Source of the DNA: Spirochaetia bacterium
GTDB taxonomy: Bacteria; Spirochaetota; Spirochaetia; SZUA-6; Bin103
Direction: 5' to 3'
Assembly (NCBI GenBank): GCA_965208575.1
Contig: CBDBOV010000005.1
Span: 608,001 to 672,000, forward strand
Length of the DNA: 64,000 nucleotides
Shown here one piece after another: positions 1 through 10,011 of this stretch. Made by a program: the position numbers and the translations under genes. The stretch's first letter is position 1, and each line of letters starts with the position of its first letter. The notes beneath the pieces were generated by a model, which was not told the origin of the DNA, searched no databases, and saw nothing but the letters and a program-made list of their open reading frames with translations.

Positions 1-1663
1 AGGTCAGCGTCAGCGATGCGCCGTTCACCGCGGCGCGCGCGAGCAACGGACACCGCTTCGGGGTCCACCGCGTCGTCGCGACGATCGTCAACCCCGAGGT
101 TGCTCCGGCAGGGTCGCTCGCCGTCACCCCCACGACGGTCGCGAACGATTCGGGGGGCGCCGGTGTGATCCTGCGCATTTCGCAGACCGTCTTGGTCGTC
201 AGATACGCCGACGAGCCGCTGCCGGTAACCGTGGCCGCCCCGAACCCGCCGGTCGTGGTCAGCGACAACGTCACGGCGTCGCCGTCGGGGTCGCGGAAGG
301 CGGCGATATTCCTGAACGTGCCGGGAGACGTAAGCATGTACACCGTCGAGCCGGGGCTCGGAGGTGGCCGCGGGACGACGTGTTGCACCGGACTGTACGG
401 GGCAATGGGGACCGGGGCGTTGTTGGTCGAGTCGACGCGCGCCGCCCGGTCGGTGAAGCCGGTCGTCTTCGGGTCGGCACCCGGGGCATGGCTCACCGTT
501 ACGGCCTGGTTGCGGGCTACCGGAGCGGCCAGCGCGAGCGTGACGATGCTCCCGCTCACCGACACCGGATTGGTGGCGGCCAGGCCCATCGCGGCTCGGT
601 CCACCTTCACCGTGAATTCGCCGGCGGCCGGCGACCAGCCGGCGGGCAGGCTGTCGTAGGTCAGCGTCAACACCTTGTCTCGCGCCACGGCGCTCGACAG
701 TAGCGGACATGCGAAACTCGTGGTGAGAGGCTGCTTCACCTCAGCAGCCGCACCTTGGGCGTCGGACGCCGTCACGGTGATGACCGTGGTGAGCGGGTTG
801 CCCGGCGTCGGCCTGAGGTTCGCCAACACGCAGTTCGCCTTCGTCCGGGCATAGACCCGTTCGTCCGACCCGTAATACAAGTCAGTGAGCACGTCGTCGC
901 GGGTCGCGCTCAGCGACAACGTCAGTGCGTCGCCATCGGGATCGCTGAAGCGGCTGCTCGGCATGGCGAAGCTTACGAGTGTGCCGGGTGGTGCATTCGC
1001 TGACGTTGGCGCCGGGCCGCTGTAAACCGGCACGCTGCTGTTGGTCGTGGTGTTGGTCACCGCCCGGAACGGGATGTGCCACGCCGGGTTGCCGGCCAGG
1101 TCCCGGAGCCGGGAAACCGAATGCGCGAGTGCGCCGCTCAGGTAGCTCATCGTGACGATCTCGCCGCGCAACACCGCGCGAGTCAGGGTCAGCGTCACCG
1201 TCGCGCCGCTTACCGCAACCTGCGAGATCGACCGGCGTGTGCCGTCCGCCGGGGGCCGCGAATGAGGATAGATTCCAACCGGCAATCCCGGGATCGGACG
1301 GCCGAAGCGTGGCCCTGCGCTGCCGGCATCTCTTACCGTCACCTCGTACAAGTCGGCCGGCGGCACCGAGGTCTCGTTCAGCGCCTCGTTATACGTCAAC
1401 GTCAATGTCCTGCCGTTCACCGTCGCGCCGGTCAGGTTTGGCGGTGTCCGGTCCAGCGCCTGCGCGGGCGCGGTGCCGAGCAGCAGGGACATCGACGCCA
1501 CGAGCAGGCAGGCCGCCGTACGGCACAAGCAGGCGACGCGGACCGAGTGGAATCGGGAAGCAGGCGGGGGAGAAGGGGGGACATCGCGCTCCGCCCCGGC
1601 GAGTCTTGGCGCGGCCCATGGCGTCGGACGCGCTCGCGAGAGGGTGCGGATATCACGATTCAC
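1..1663 (-). CDS. Large secreted/surface protein with SwmB-like repeats and a cadherin/Ig-like segment (runs off the left edge)
   Basis: Not in the ORF track. Manual translation gives a signal-like ACLLVASMSLLLGTAPAQA, then DRTPPNLTGATVNGRTLTLTYNEAL...VAVSGATVTLTL...LRDLAGN, FSDPDGDALTLS and further TLTY...RDPDGDAVTL repeats. The GTG start at 1663 is uncertain. Confidence 0.75.
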   Translation of the reverse strand, partial: MNRDIRTLSRARPTPWAAPRLAGAERDVPPSPPPASRFHSVRVACLCRTAACLLVASMSLLLGTAPAQALDRTPPNLTGATVNGRTLTLTYNEALNETSVPPADLYEVTVRDAGSAGPRFGRPIPGLPVGIYPHSRPPADGTRRSISQVAVSGATVTLTLTRAVLRGEIVTMSYLSGALAHSVSRLRDLAGNPAWHIPFRAVTNTTTNSSVPVYSGPAPTSANAPPGTLVSFAMPSSRFSDPDGDALTLSLSATRDDVLTDLYYGSDERVYARTKANCVLANLRPTPGNPLTTVITVTASDAQGAAAEVKQPLTTSFACPLLSSAVARDKVLTLTYDSLPAGWSPAAGEFTVKVDRAAMGLAATNPVSVSGSIVTLALAAPVARNQAVTVSHAPGADPKTTGFTDRAARVDSTNNAPVPIAPYSPVQHVVPRPPPSPGSTVYMLTSPGTFRNIAAFRDPDGDAVTLSLTTTGGFGAATVTGSGSSAYLTTKTVCEMRRITPAPPESFATVVGVTASDPAGATSGLTIVATTRWTPKRCPLLARAAVNGASLTLT

Positions 1664-1854
1664 ACCTGCATCATAGCCAAGGTTGCTACAATATGTCCAG
1701 ATAATCTCTTGCTTCTATGAAACGTCGCCAAAACATGTATATGACCTTGTTTTCGTGTCTTTGACCGAACGCCAGGAGCGGCGGCGCCGAGCGTGGCGCA
1801 TGGGCGGCTCCGGGTACTGGGTCCCGGCGCCGCTCTCTGCTATGGTGGCGCGCC

Positions 1855-4068
1855 ATGGCCGACAATTCCGCAGCGGCTTCGTCCGCGAACCGTGCCGAGG
1901 CGCTCATTGCCCGCCGCCGCGCCGCCGGCGGCACGCCCAACCGCCTGATCGGCGAGGGCAGCCCCTACCTGCTGCAGCATGCCTACAACCCGGTGGACTG
2001 GTATCCGTGGGGCGACGAGGCGTTCGCCGCGGCGGCCGCCGCCGACAAGCCGCTGTTCGTGTCGATCGGCTACTCCACCTGCCACTGGTGCCATGTGATG
2101 GAGCACGAGTCGTTCGAGGACGAGGCCACCGCGGCGGTGCTGAACGAGCACTTCATCAACGTCAAGATCGACCGCGAGGAGCGGCCCGACGTGGACCGCA
2201 TCTACATGAGCGTGGTGCAGGCGGTCACCGGCTCCGGCGGCTGGCCGATGTCGGTGTTCCTGACCCCGGGGCGGCAGCCGTTCTACGCCGGCACCTACTT
2301 CCCGCCGCGCTCGGTGTACGGGCGGCCGGCGTTCCGGGAGGTGCTGCTGTTCCTGGCCGGGCGCTGGCGCGAGCGGCGCGCCGAGGTGGAGGCCACGGCG
2401 GCGCGCGTCACCACCGCCGTGACCCAAGCGGCAGGCGGAGCCGCCGCCATGGCGGGACCGGCGGCGGAGTCGGAGCCGGACGAGCTGCTGGCGGCCGTCG
2501 CGGACGGGCTGGCGGAGTCGTTCGACGCCCGCTACGGCGGCTTCGGTTCCGCGCCGAAGTTTCCCCGCCCGGCCGTGTTCACGGCGCTGCTGCACCACTA
2601 TCGGCGCTCCGGCAGCGAACAGGCCCTGGAGATGGCAAGGGTCACGCTGCACGCGATGGCGCGCGGCGGCATGTACGACCACCTCGGCGGCGGCTTTCAC
2701 CGCTACAGCGTGGACCGCTACTGGCGGGTGCCGCACTTCGAGAAGATGCTGTACGACCAGGCGCAGCTCGTCACCGCGTATGCCGCCGCCCACCAGGTCA
2801 CCGGCGACCCCGCCTGCGCCGCCGTCGCGGGCGCCACCCTCGATTACCTGCTGTACGACCTGCAGGCGCCGGAGGGCGGCTTCTACTCGGCCGAGGACGC
2901 CGACTCCGCCTCCGACCCGGAGCAGCCGGAGGACAAGGTGGAAGGCGCGTTCTACTTGTGGCGCATCGACGAGGTGCGCGCGGCGTTCGCGGCCGCCGGC
3001 GGCGCCGCGGCAGCGGAGGCCGACGAGATGATCGCGGCCTACGGCCTGACCGCCGGCGGCAACACGATCTCCGACCCGCAGGGCGAGTTCGGCAGCGGCA
3101 ACGTCCTGTACCGCGCGCGTGGCGAGGGTCCGCTGCCGGGACACTGGCGGGAGGCGCTGCTGGCGGCGCGCGACCGGCGCGCGCGGCCGCTGCTGGACGA
3201 CAAGGTGATCGCGGCGTGGAACGGGCTGGCGATCGAGGCGCTGGCCGTGGCCGGCCGCGTGCTCGGGCGGGAGGAGTTCGTTGCCGCCGCGGCCGCGGCG
3301 GCAGGCTTCGCGCGCCGCGAGCTGATGCGGGATGGGCGGCTGCTACGCTGCTACCGGGCGGGCGAGGCGCGGCACACCGCCGGGCTGGCAGACTACGCGT
3401 TCCTGGTCGGCGGCCTGATCGAGCTGTACCAAAGCGGCGGCGAGCTGTGGACGCTGGAGTGGGCCGGCGAACTTGCCGACGCGATCCTGGAGCAGTTCGC
3501 GGCGCCGAACGGCGCGCTGTACGACACCCCGGGCGGCCAGCGCGACCTGATCATGCGCACCAGCGAACTGTACGACTCCGCGGAACCGTCGGGAACCGCC
3601 GCCGCGATCCTGGGCCTGCTGCGCCTCGGCCGCCTGCTCGGCAACCGCGACTGGGACGACGCCGCCCGGCGCGCCCTGGCGGCCGTTTCAGGGGCAGCGG
3701 CCGCCCAGCCCACTGCAACGCCGCTGCTGGCGGTGGCCGCCGATCTGGCCGGCCATCCGCCGGTGGAGGTGGTGCTCGCCGGCGAGTGGGCGCAGACCGC
3801 GCCGCTGCGCGGCCAACTGGCGCGCCACTACCTGCCGGACGCGGCGGTGGTGCACCTGCTGCCGGAGGCGGCGGCCTGGTGGCAGGCACGTCACCCCGCC
3901 GTGGCCGCCATGGCCGCGGCCGGTTCCGGCCCCCGCGCCTACGTGTGCCGCGATTTCACCTGCGACCTGCCGGTGAGCACGGCGCCCGAACTCGCCCGCC
4001 AACTCGAAGCCATCGCCCCGGCAGCCGGACGCGGCCCTGAGCCGTTACGGAAGGCGGCAGAGACTTGA
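1855..4068 (+). CDS. Thioredoxin-domain protein, YyaL/DUF255 (SPATA20-like)
   Basis: [62 protein letters not shown]. Confidence 0.92.
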   Translation: MADNSAAASSANRAEALIARRRAAGGTPNRLIGEGSPYLLQHAYNPVDWYPWGDEAFAAAAAADKPLFVSIGYSTCHWCHVMEHESFEDEATAAVLNEHFINVKIDREERPDVDRIYMSVVQAVTGSGGWPMSVFLTPGRQPFYAGTYFPPRSVYGRPAFREVLLFLAGRWRERRAEVEATAARVTTAVTQAAGGAAAMAGPAAESEPDELLAAVADGLAESFDARYGGFGSAPKFPRPAVFTALLHHYRRSGSEQALEMARVTLHAMARGGMYDHLGGGFHRYSVDRYWRVPHFEKMLYDQAQLVTAYAAAHQVTGDPACAAVAGATLDYLLYDLQAPEGGFYSAEDADSASDPEQPEDKVEGAFYLWRIDEVRAAFAAAGGAAAAEADEMIAAYGLTAGGNTISDPQGEFGSGNVLYRARGEGPLPGHWREALLAARDRRARPLLDDKVIAAWNGLAIEALAVAGRVLGREEFVAAAAAAAGFARRELMRDGRLLRCYRAGEARHTAGLADYAFLVGGLIELYQSGGELWTLEWAGELADAILEQFAAPNGALYDTPGGQRDLIMRTSELYDSAEPSGTAAAILGLLRLGRLLGNRDWDDAARRALAAVSGAAAAQPTATPLLAVAADLAGHPPVEVVLAGEWAQTAPLRGQLARHYLPDAAVVHLLPEAAAWWQARHPAVAAMAAAGSGPRAYVCRDFTCDLPVSTAPELARQLEAIAPAAGRGPEPLRKAAET

Positions 4069-4092
4069 CACCGAACACGATTGTATTACGTT
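4065..4092 (+). promoter_or_regulatory. Putative sigma70 promoter for the 4117-4801 gene pair
   Basis: TTGACA at 4065-4070, 16-nt spacer, TACGTT at 4087-4092. Confidence 0.4.
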
Positions 4093-4116
4093 GACGGTGC
4101 ACTGGAGGACCGAGCC

Positions 4117-4374
4117 ATGGGAGAGATACAGGATCCCCTCAGGGTAGAGAAGGGCTATCTGAAAACCAACCAAGCAGAACTGGCCGCCAAGTACCCCGGT
4201 AAGTACTTGGTGATTCAGGGCGAGAGCGTGGTTGGCGCCTTCGACTCATACGAGGAAGGAGTCAAAGCTGGAGCGACGGCACTAGGCGTAGGTCCTTTCC
4301 TGGTGAGGTCTGTCCATCGGCCCGACGAAGACGAGACGCTGACGGTCCCTGCGCTCGCTATGGGGATACTTTGA
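4117..4374 (+). CDS. Small DUF5678-like hypothetical protein
   Basis: GGAGG RBS, then 85 aa with ELAAKYPGKYLVIQGESVVGAFDSYEEG; lower GC than the flanks. Confidence 0.65.
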   Translation: MGEIQDPLRVEKGYLKTNQAELAAKYPGKYLVIQGESVVGAFDSYEEGVKAGATALGVGPFLVRSVHRPDEDETLTVPALAMGIL

Positions 4375-4375
4375 G

Positions 4376-4801
4376 TTGCCTGTCTTCAACGCCAGATTCG
4401 GCGATCCGTCAAGCGACGGTCTAGCCGAGCGGGGACCGGTGGTGCCAGTTTCCTTGTTTCCGCCGGTTCCTCCCAAGGGTTCCCAGCCAACCCCGGTTTC
4501 AGGCCTAGCCTTGATCGACACTGGAGCACGGGTAACGTGCATCGATCGAGAGGCCGCCGCCCAGGCGCAACTTCCGACCGTCGGTAGCGGCAAGATGACT
4601 TCTGCTACTCATGCGGAGGAGATTGTGCCGATCTTCGCGGGAAACATACAGATAGCTGGGCTCGGCAACATCGCCGCCAGCCGTGCTTACGGCGCCAACC
4701 TGGGGCCACAGGGGATAATCGCTCTGATCGGACGAGACGTATTGAAGCAGATGATCCTATTTTACAACGGTACTGACGGGACATTCACTCTGTCAGCGTA
4801 G
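4376..4801 (+). CDS. Retropepsin-like (clan AA) aspartyl protease
   Basis: ALIDTGA catalytic motif and C-terminal ALIGRDVL. Confidence 0.85.
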   Translation: MPVFNARFGDPSSDGLAERGPVVPVSLFPPVPPKGSQPTPVSGLALIDTGARVTCIDREAAAQAQLPTVGSGKMTSATHAEEIVPIFAGNIQIAGLGNIAASRAYGANLGPQGIIALIGRDVLKQMILFYNGTDGTFTLSA

Positions 4802-4853
4802 TAGATAGCTGCGCGACGAGACCACGCCGAGATCGTACGTTGGCACGGCTGCT

Positions 4854-5594
4854 TCAGCCGGGGTGGCGCATGCGAGCGGGGCGGCGGCGGCGGGCGGCGG
4901 TGCCGGAGATGCGGCGGCTCACGCGTCTGCTCGCCAGCAGGAAGCCGATCAGCGCCAGCCATGCCAGGAACAGCGGCCCGCTGAAGCGGTGCACGACGGT
5001 TGCGGCATCCACCCAGATCACCTGCATGGCGGCGCCGACCAGTGCGGTTGCGGGCGCCAGCCGGCGCAGCGTGCCGCGCAGGCGCCACTGCCGAACGGCG
5101 TTCGCGAGCAGGGCCAGCCCGGCCAGCGTGAACCCCAGCTTGCCGCTGATTCCGCGCAGTTCGGCCACTATCGCCTCCGCGCCTCCCTGCGCAGCCACCT
5201 CCGCCGCCGCCGCCGGCGCCGGCGCGACCCGCGCCAGGGCCACGGCGGACGCGCCGGAGACCGCCGTAAACAGACCGGAAACGGCCAGGAACACGGGTAC
5301 CAGCAGCGTGCCCAGGCGCCGGCGCATGAAGCGCGTGTGCCACAGGTACCAGGCGCCGGCACCGAGCGTGATCCCGGACGCCAGCCGGGCCGCGCCGCCG
5401 GTGCCGTAGAGTCCGCGGCGCCGCGCAATGGCCGCCAGCGACTCGGCCAGCGTCGGCAGGTCGGCGCCCGCCGCCACCCGCGCGACCACGGCCACGGCGG
5501 TGGCGGCCGCGGTCGCCAGCAGCAGCCAGCCGGCGCGCTGGGCGGCCGTGTCGTACGCCGATTCGATGGCGTGCCGCCGGGCGAAGTTCAGCAC
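4854..5594 (-). CDS. Hypothetical integral membrane protein
   Basis: About six hydrophobic segments in the 3' part of ORF 4854..6158; the upstream part of that ORF overlaps ribA; start uncertain. Confidence 0.6.
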   Translation of the reverse strand: MLNFARRHAIESAYDTAAQRAGWLLLATAAATAVAVVARVAAGADLPTLAESLAAIARRRGLYGTGGAARLASGITLGAGAWYLWHTRFMRRRLGTLLVPVFLAVSGLFTAVSGASAVALARVAPAPAAAAEVAAQGGAEAIVAELRGISGKLGFTLAGLALLANAVRQWRLRGTLRRLAPATALVGAAMQVIWVDAATVVHRFSGPLFLAWLALIGFLLASRRVSRRISGTAARRRRPARMRHPG

Positions 5595-5731
5595 GGCGTC
5601 GTACCGGCGCGGCGCGGCGCCGGGCTGGCAAGGCGCGACGAGCGAGCACGTCGGATGTCGGTGAGCGAGGAGCAACGCGGCGAGCCGGTGGACATCGCCG
5701 CTCGAATGCAGCCGAGTCTCGCCACGGGTGG

Positions 5732-6382
5732 CTACAGCAGGTGGTTGAAGCGGGTGCGCTTGGTGGCCAGGTAGCGCTCGTTGTACCGGTTGGCAGTCAC
5801 CACTACCGGCACCCGCCCGGTGACCGTGATGCCCTCCCGCTCCAGCCCGGCGATCTTGGCCGGGTTGTTGGTGAGGAGGCGCACGGAGGCGATGCCGAGC
5901 AGCTCGATGATGCGCGCCGCGGTGCGGTAGTCGCGGGCGTCGGCGGGAAAGCCGAGGCGTTCGTTGGCGTCCACGCTGTCGAGTCCCTGGTCCTGCAGCT
6001 CGTAGGCGCGGATCTTGTTCAGCAGGCCGATGCCGCGCCCCTCCTGACGCAGGTAGATCACCGCCCCGCAATCGAGCGCGGCGATGTAGCGCAGCGACTC
6101 CTCGAGCTGCTCGCGGCAGTCGCAGCGCAGCGAGCCGAAGATGTCGCCGGTGTGGCACTCGGAGTGCACGCGCACCGGGCAGTCGACCGCGCCGCGCACC
6201 TGCCCGCGCACCACCGCGGTCAACTCGCTGCCGCCCTCCCGGTCTTCGAAACCGATCAGCGTGAATTCCCCGAACAGGGTAGGAAACGCGGCCTGCGCAA
6301 CCCGCCGCACCTGGCCCGCGCAGCGGCCTGCAGTTCCCGATTCCGCCTTGGGACGCCGCGCCAACGGCCCGAATTCGCTCAC
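5732..6382 (-). CDS. ribA: GTP cyclohydrolase II
   Basis: VRVHSECHTGDIFGSLRCDC, YLRQEGRGIGLLNK, LLTNNPAK; start approximate. Confidence 0.95.
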   Translation of the reverse strand: MSEFGPLARRPKAESGTAGRCAGQVRRVAQAAFPTLFGEFTLIGFEDREGGSELTAVVRGQVRGAVDCPVRVHSECHTGDIFGSLRCDCREQLEESLRYIAALDCGAVIYLRQEGRGIGLLNKIRAYELQDQGLDSVDANERLGFPADARDYRTAARIIELLGIASVRLLTNNPAKIAGLEREGITVTGRVPVVVTANRYNERYLATKRTRFNHLL

Positions 6383-6437
6383 TATGTCTCGACTCCCATG
6401 TGTCGATGCAAAGATACGGTGCCGCGGCGGTGAGAAG

Positions 6438-8603
6438 CTACGCTGCCCCGGGGTCAGTGGCCGGCTCCGCCGCCGGCTCCCGGCCGCGCCGCGTACCGAA
6501 CAGGCGGTAGCGCAGCAGGCGCCAGTAGGCGGCGCGCAGGAAGCGCAGGTCGCGGTCACTGGCCGGCTGCCCGCCGTACACCGCGCGCGCCACCAGCGAG
6601 GTGAACCGCTCCACCAGCCGGCGCGCCGCCGGTGCGCGCTTCGCGCTGCGTGAACGGTATTCCTCGCGCCACGCCATCCAACCCGTGTGGCGCGGGTCCG
6701 GCACGCCCAGGGTGCGGCCCAGGGTCACGTAGCGCTGCGACAGGCGCATCAGCGGGCGCAACTCGCGCGCCACGCGCGGTCCGCGCAGCCGGCGCGCCAG
6801 TCGCCAGGCGATGAGGGCCGCCAGCAGCACGCCGCCGCCGGTCACCGCGATGCGTGCCGGCGACCAGATCGACGGCTGCGCCGCCAGCGCCTCGCCGTCC
6901 AGGAGATCGATGTCCAACTCCCGGTCGCCGAGGATCGACTGCACCTGGCGCAGGGTGAACGAATCCATCTCCATGTCGAACCCGTACAGCGACAGCAGTT
7001 CCTCTTCGTCGAAGAAGTTGGCGTACTGGCTCGGGTTCACCGCCGGCGTCGCCTCCCAGCGCGTCCAGCCGGTGCCGTCTATCCACACCTCGGGCCAGCT
7101 ATGGGCGGACAGCCCGGTCACCTCGGTCTCGTTCGCGCTGCCGGGAAAGTTGATCAGAAAGCCCTCGTTGTAGCGCGCAGGAAACCCGTTCATGCGCGCG
7201 ATCGTGGCGAACGCGGTGGCGAAGTGCACGCAGTAGCCCTTCTTTTCCTCGAACAGGAACTTGTCGATGAAACTTTCCGAGCGGCGCAGGTTGTCCACGT
7301 TCAACGAGTAGGTGCAGGTGTCGGAGAGATAGTCGTTGATCGCGTTGAGGCGCTCGTGCGGCGTTGCATCCGGCTGTTCGAATGCCGCCGCCACGCCGCG
7401 CAGGTCACCGCTCATGCCGCGCGGAAGCTGCAGGTAGCGGCGCCGCTCCTCCTCCGTGAGGCGGATCGGCTGCATGGCGGAGCGCTCCACGAAGATCACG
7501 TCTCCCGCCACCAGCGGGTCGACGAGCTGGAAGCCGCGGTGGAAGTGGCCGCTCTCCAGCACCGGCACCTCGCGCCCGAAGCGGAACGCCGACGTGTCGA
7601 GGGTGTAGGGCAGCTTGTTGTAGAACTCGATCAGCAGCTCCACCCGAACGGCGTTGTCGCGCCGCCGCGGCCGCCCGCGCAGCATGATCGATCCCGGTTC
7701 GCCGATGCTGTCCTCGGCACGGAAGGTGGTCTTCCAGTTCTTGCCGTCATAGTGGTCGAACACGTCGGTCTTCAGGTACAGCGGGCCGTCGCCGTCGGCG
7801 GTGATACGGAAGATCGGCAGCGGCGACAGCACCGGCGAGCCGCCGAGGGAGCGTTCCTGAAACGAGTAGCCGTAGCCCGGTATGCCGTACAGCAGCGGAA
7901 ACTGCGGCAGGGTGTTGGACACGTACTGGCGCAGTTGCGGATGCAGGGTGACGTCGATGAGCGGGCTGCCTCTGGCTTCGCGGCTGCCGGCCAGCATGGT
8001 GGCAGCGAGCAGCACCGCCGCGAACAGGCCGCCGCCGTACACGATGCGCCGTACCAGGTAGCGGTCCGCGCCGCCGCGCAGCAGCAGGTAGAACACGCAC
8101 GCCATCGCCGCCAGCAGGGACACGACGTACAGCGGTCCGGTCTGCAGGATCACTGCCACGATCGCCGACACGAAGGCGGCCGAGATCAGCAGCGGCCAGA
8201 CGTAGCCGAGGCTGATGAAGGTGCCCGCCAGCGTGGTGGCGAAGAACGTCGACATCAGGGTGAACAGGTTTGACACGGTGCCGGTGCCGGTGCCGTCGGT
8301 CATCGCTTCGAACCACAGCTTGTAGGCCGAGAACGGGGTGATCACGATGCCGATCAGCAGCGCGACGCCGAACGCCGCCGTCACCACCAGCGAGAGCGTG
8401 CTCAGCGCCCAGCGCAACGGGCCGGCCGCCAGCGCGCGGCCGGCGTGCAGCAGCGCCAGCGGCACGATCACCGCCAGCAGCAGGGAGAGCGCCAGCGACG
8501 ACTTGGTGTACGACCAGAACAGCAGCGGAATCCCGACCCCGTACACCAGCGCCAGCAGCGCCTTGAGGTGCGCGTCGTAGCGCAGCAGGTCAGCCCGCTT
8601 CAT
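6438..8603 (-). CDS. Membrane-anchored transglutaminase-like (TgpA-type) protein
   Basis: N-terminal TM helices; GYCVHFATA and HSWPEVWIDGTGW catalytic motifs. Confidence 0.88.
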   Translation of the reverse strand: MKRADLLRYDAHLKALLALVYGVGIPLLFWSYTKSSLALSLLLAVIVPLALLHAGRALAAGPLRWALSTLSLVVTAAFGVALLIGIVITPFSAYKLWFEAMTDGTGTGTVSNLFTLMSTFFATTLAGTFISLGYVWPLLISAAFVSAIVAVILQTGPLYVVSLLAAMACVFYLLLRGGADRYLVRRIVYGGGLFAAVLLAATMLAGSREARGSPLIDVTLHPQLRQYVSNTLPQFPLLYGIPGYGYSFQERSLGGSPVLSPLPIFRITADGDGPLYLKTDVFDHYDGKNWKTTFRAEDSIGEPGSIMLRGRPRRRDNAVRVELLIEFYNKLPYTLDTSAFRFGREVPVLESGHFHRGFQLVDPLVAGDVIFVERSAMQPIRLTEEERRRYLQLPRGMSGDLRGVAAAFEQPDATPHERLNAINDYLSDTCTYSLNVDNLRRSESFIDKFLFEEKKGYCVHFATAFATIARMNGFPARYNEGFLINFPGSANETEVTGLSAHSWPEVWIDGTGWTRWEATPAVNPSQYANFFDEEELLSLYGFDMEMDSFTLRQVQSILGDRELDIDLLDGEALAAQPSIWSPARIAVTGGGVLLAALIAWRLARRLRGPRVARELRPLMRLSQRYVTLGRTLGVPDPRHTGWMAWREEYRSRSAKRAPAARRLVERFTSLVARAVYGGQPASDRDLRFLRAAYWRLLRYRLFGTRRGREPAAEPATDPGAA

Positions 8604-10011
8604 CGTGTGCCTCCAGGTCGGCGGGGATGGTGGTGGAGCCGCGCAGGGCTACCACGCGCGTGCCCTGCTCGCGCAGGCGGTTGAAGTAGCCGGCGTGGCG
8701 CTCGGCCGGTTCGGCGGTCTGGTTGTGGATCAGGGTCACCTGGAAGTTGCTCGAGCGCTGTTCGTCGAGCAGGATCAGCAGTTCGGGGTCGAGCAGGTGG
8801 GTGATGAAGAACATCGAGTTGACCTCGGTGTTCATGCCGGTCTCCAGGTGGCTCTCGTACAGGCGGGCGGCGGAGATGTCGCTCACGAACAGCAGCTCGA
8901 AGGTGGACTCGTAGAAGCGCCCGAAGTCGGATGCGTGGTCGCCGATGAACTCGTACGAGGTGCGGCTGGCGGCGCGCACGGTGACCGGCAGGTTGCGCTT
9001 CAGGAAGTGGTTGACCAGCGCCACCAGCGCTTCGACGGTGACGTCCTCGGTGAGCAGCACGTCCTCGGCGCCGCTCGGTACCGGGCGCAGGTCGACGTAG
9101 ATGCTCACCGCCGGCTCGCTGGTGGAGTCATACTCCTTGACCACCGGGATGCCGGTGCTGGCGAATTTCTTCCAGGCCAGGTGGCGCACCGATTCGCCCG
9201 GCCGGTACTCGCGCAGTTGGTTGAACAGCGAGTAGTCGGGCAGGTTGCCGAGCGAGCCCACCTCGGAGGTGCCCAGGCGCCGCTCGGTGCCGGGCTGAAA
9301 CTCGCTGATCGGCAGGATGCGCGGATAGACCCGGAATTCGCGCACCCGCACGCGCGGGCGCACGCTGAACAACTGCAGGGTGTCGCTGAGCTCGATCCGC
9401 TCCAGTCCCACCGTGTAGATTCCGCGGTAGGGAAGCTGCACCGTCTGCTCCCGTTCCACGAACTGGTGGCCGGGCAGGTAGGTGGTGATGCCGTCGCCGC
9501 CATCGCGCTCGCCGCCCGTGGACCCGTCCGCCCCGCGCACGCGGCCGGCGTCGGCCGGGCCGGACCCCGCCTGCGCGCCGCCGCCTGCCGGCAGGATGGC
9601 GCGGAACCGGGCGCGCACGCGCGGCAGCGGCAGCGCGGAGCCGTTCTCGATGATGCAGCGGTACTGCAGTTCCTGGCCCTTGACCGGCTGCTCGTTGCTG
9701 AAGTGCTGGTTGTAGCGCAGGCCGGCGGCGGCGATCAGCAGGAGCACCAGCGACACTACCGGCAGCACCATGAACACGGTCGCGAACACGGCGAAGAACT
9801 CCCCCAGGTAGGCGGCGGCCAGGTAGCTGAGCACCGCCGCGAACAGGTACACGCCGCAGGCGCGCAGCCGCAGCGTGAACGGGAACGCGGCTGCGAAGCG
9901 CGTCCCCCACCGTGCGACCTCGCCGGCCGCGCGGGCGACCACGCCGGCGACCACGCCGGCCACTTCGGCCACGGCGGCGACGCCGGCCATGCCGGCCCGG
10001 GAGGCGATCAT
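8590..10011 (-). CDS. DUF58 protein
   Basis: VYPRI, LREYRPGESVRHLAWKK; lies between MoxR and the transglutaminase. Confidence 0.88.
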   Translation of the reverse strand: MIASRAGMAGVAAVAEVAGVVAGVVARAAGEVARWGTRFAAAFPFTLRLRACGVYLFAAVLSYLAAAYLGEFFAVFATVFMVLPVVSLVLLLIAAAGLRYNQHFSNEQPVKGQELQYRCIIENGSALPLPRVRARFRAILPAGGGAQAGSGPADAGRVRGADGSTGGERDGGDGITTYLPGHQFVEREQTVQLPYRGIYTVGLERIELSDTLQLFSVRPRVRVREFRVYPRILPISEFQPGTERRLGTSEVGSLGNLPDYSLFNQLREYRPGESVRHLAWKKFASTGIPVVKEYDSTSEPAVSIYVDLRPVPSGAEDVLLTEDVTVEALVALVNHFLKRNLPVTVRAASRTSYEFIGDHASDFGRFYESTFELLFVSDISAARLYESHLETGMNTEVNSMFFITHLLDPELLILLDEQRSSNFQVTLIHNQTAEPAERHAGYFNRLREQGTRVVALRGSTTIPADLEAHDEAG

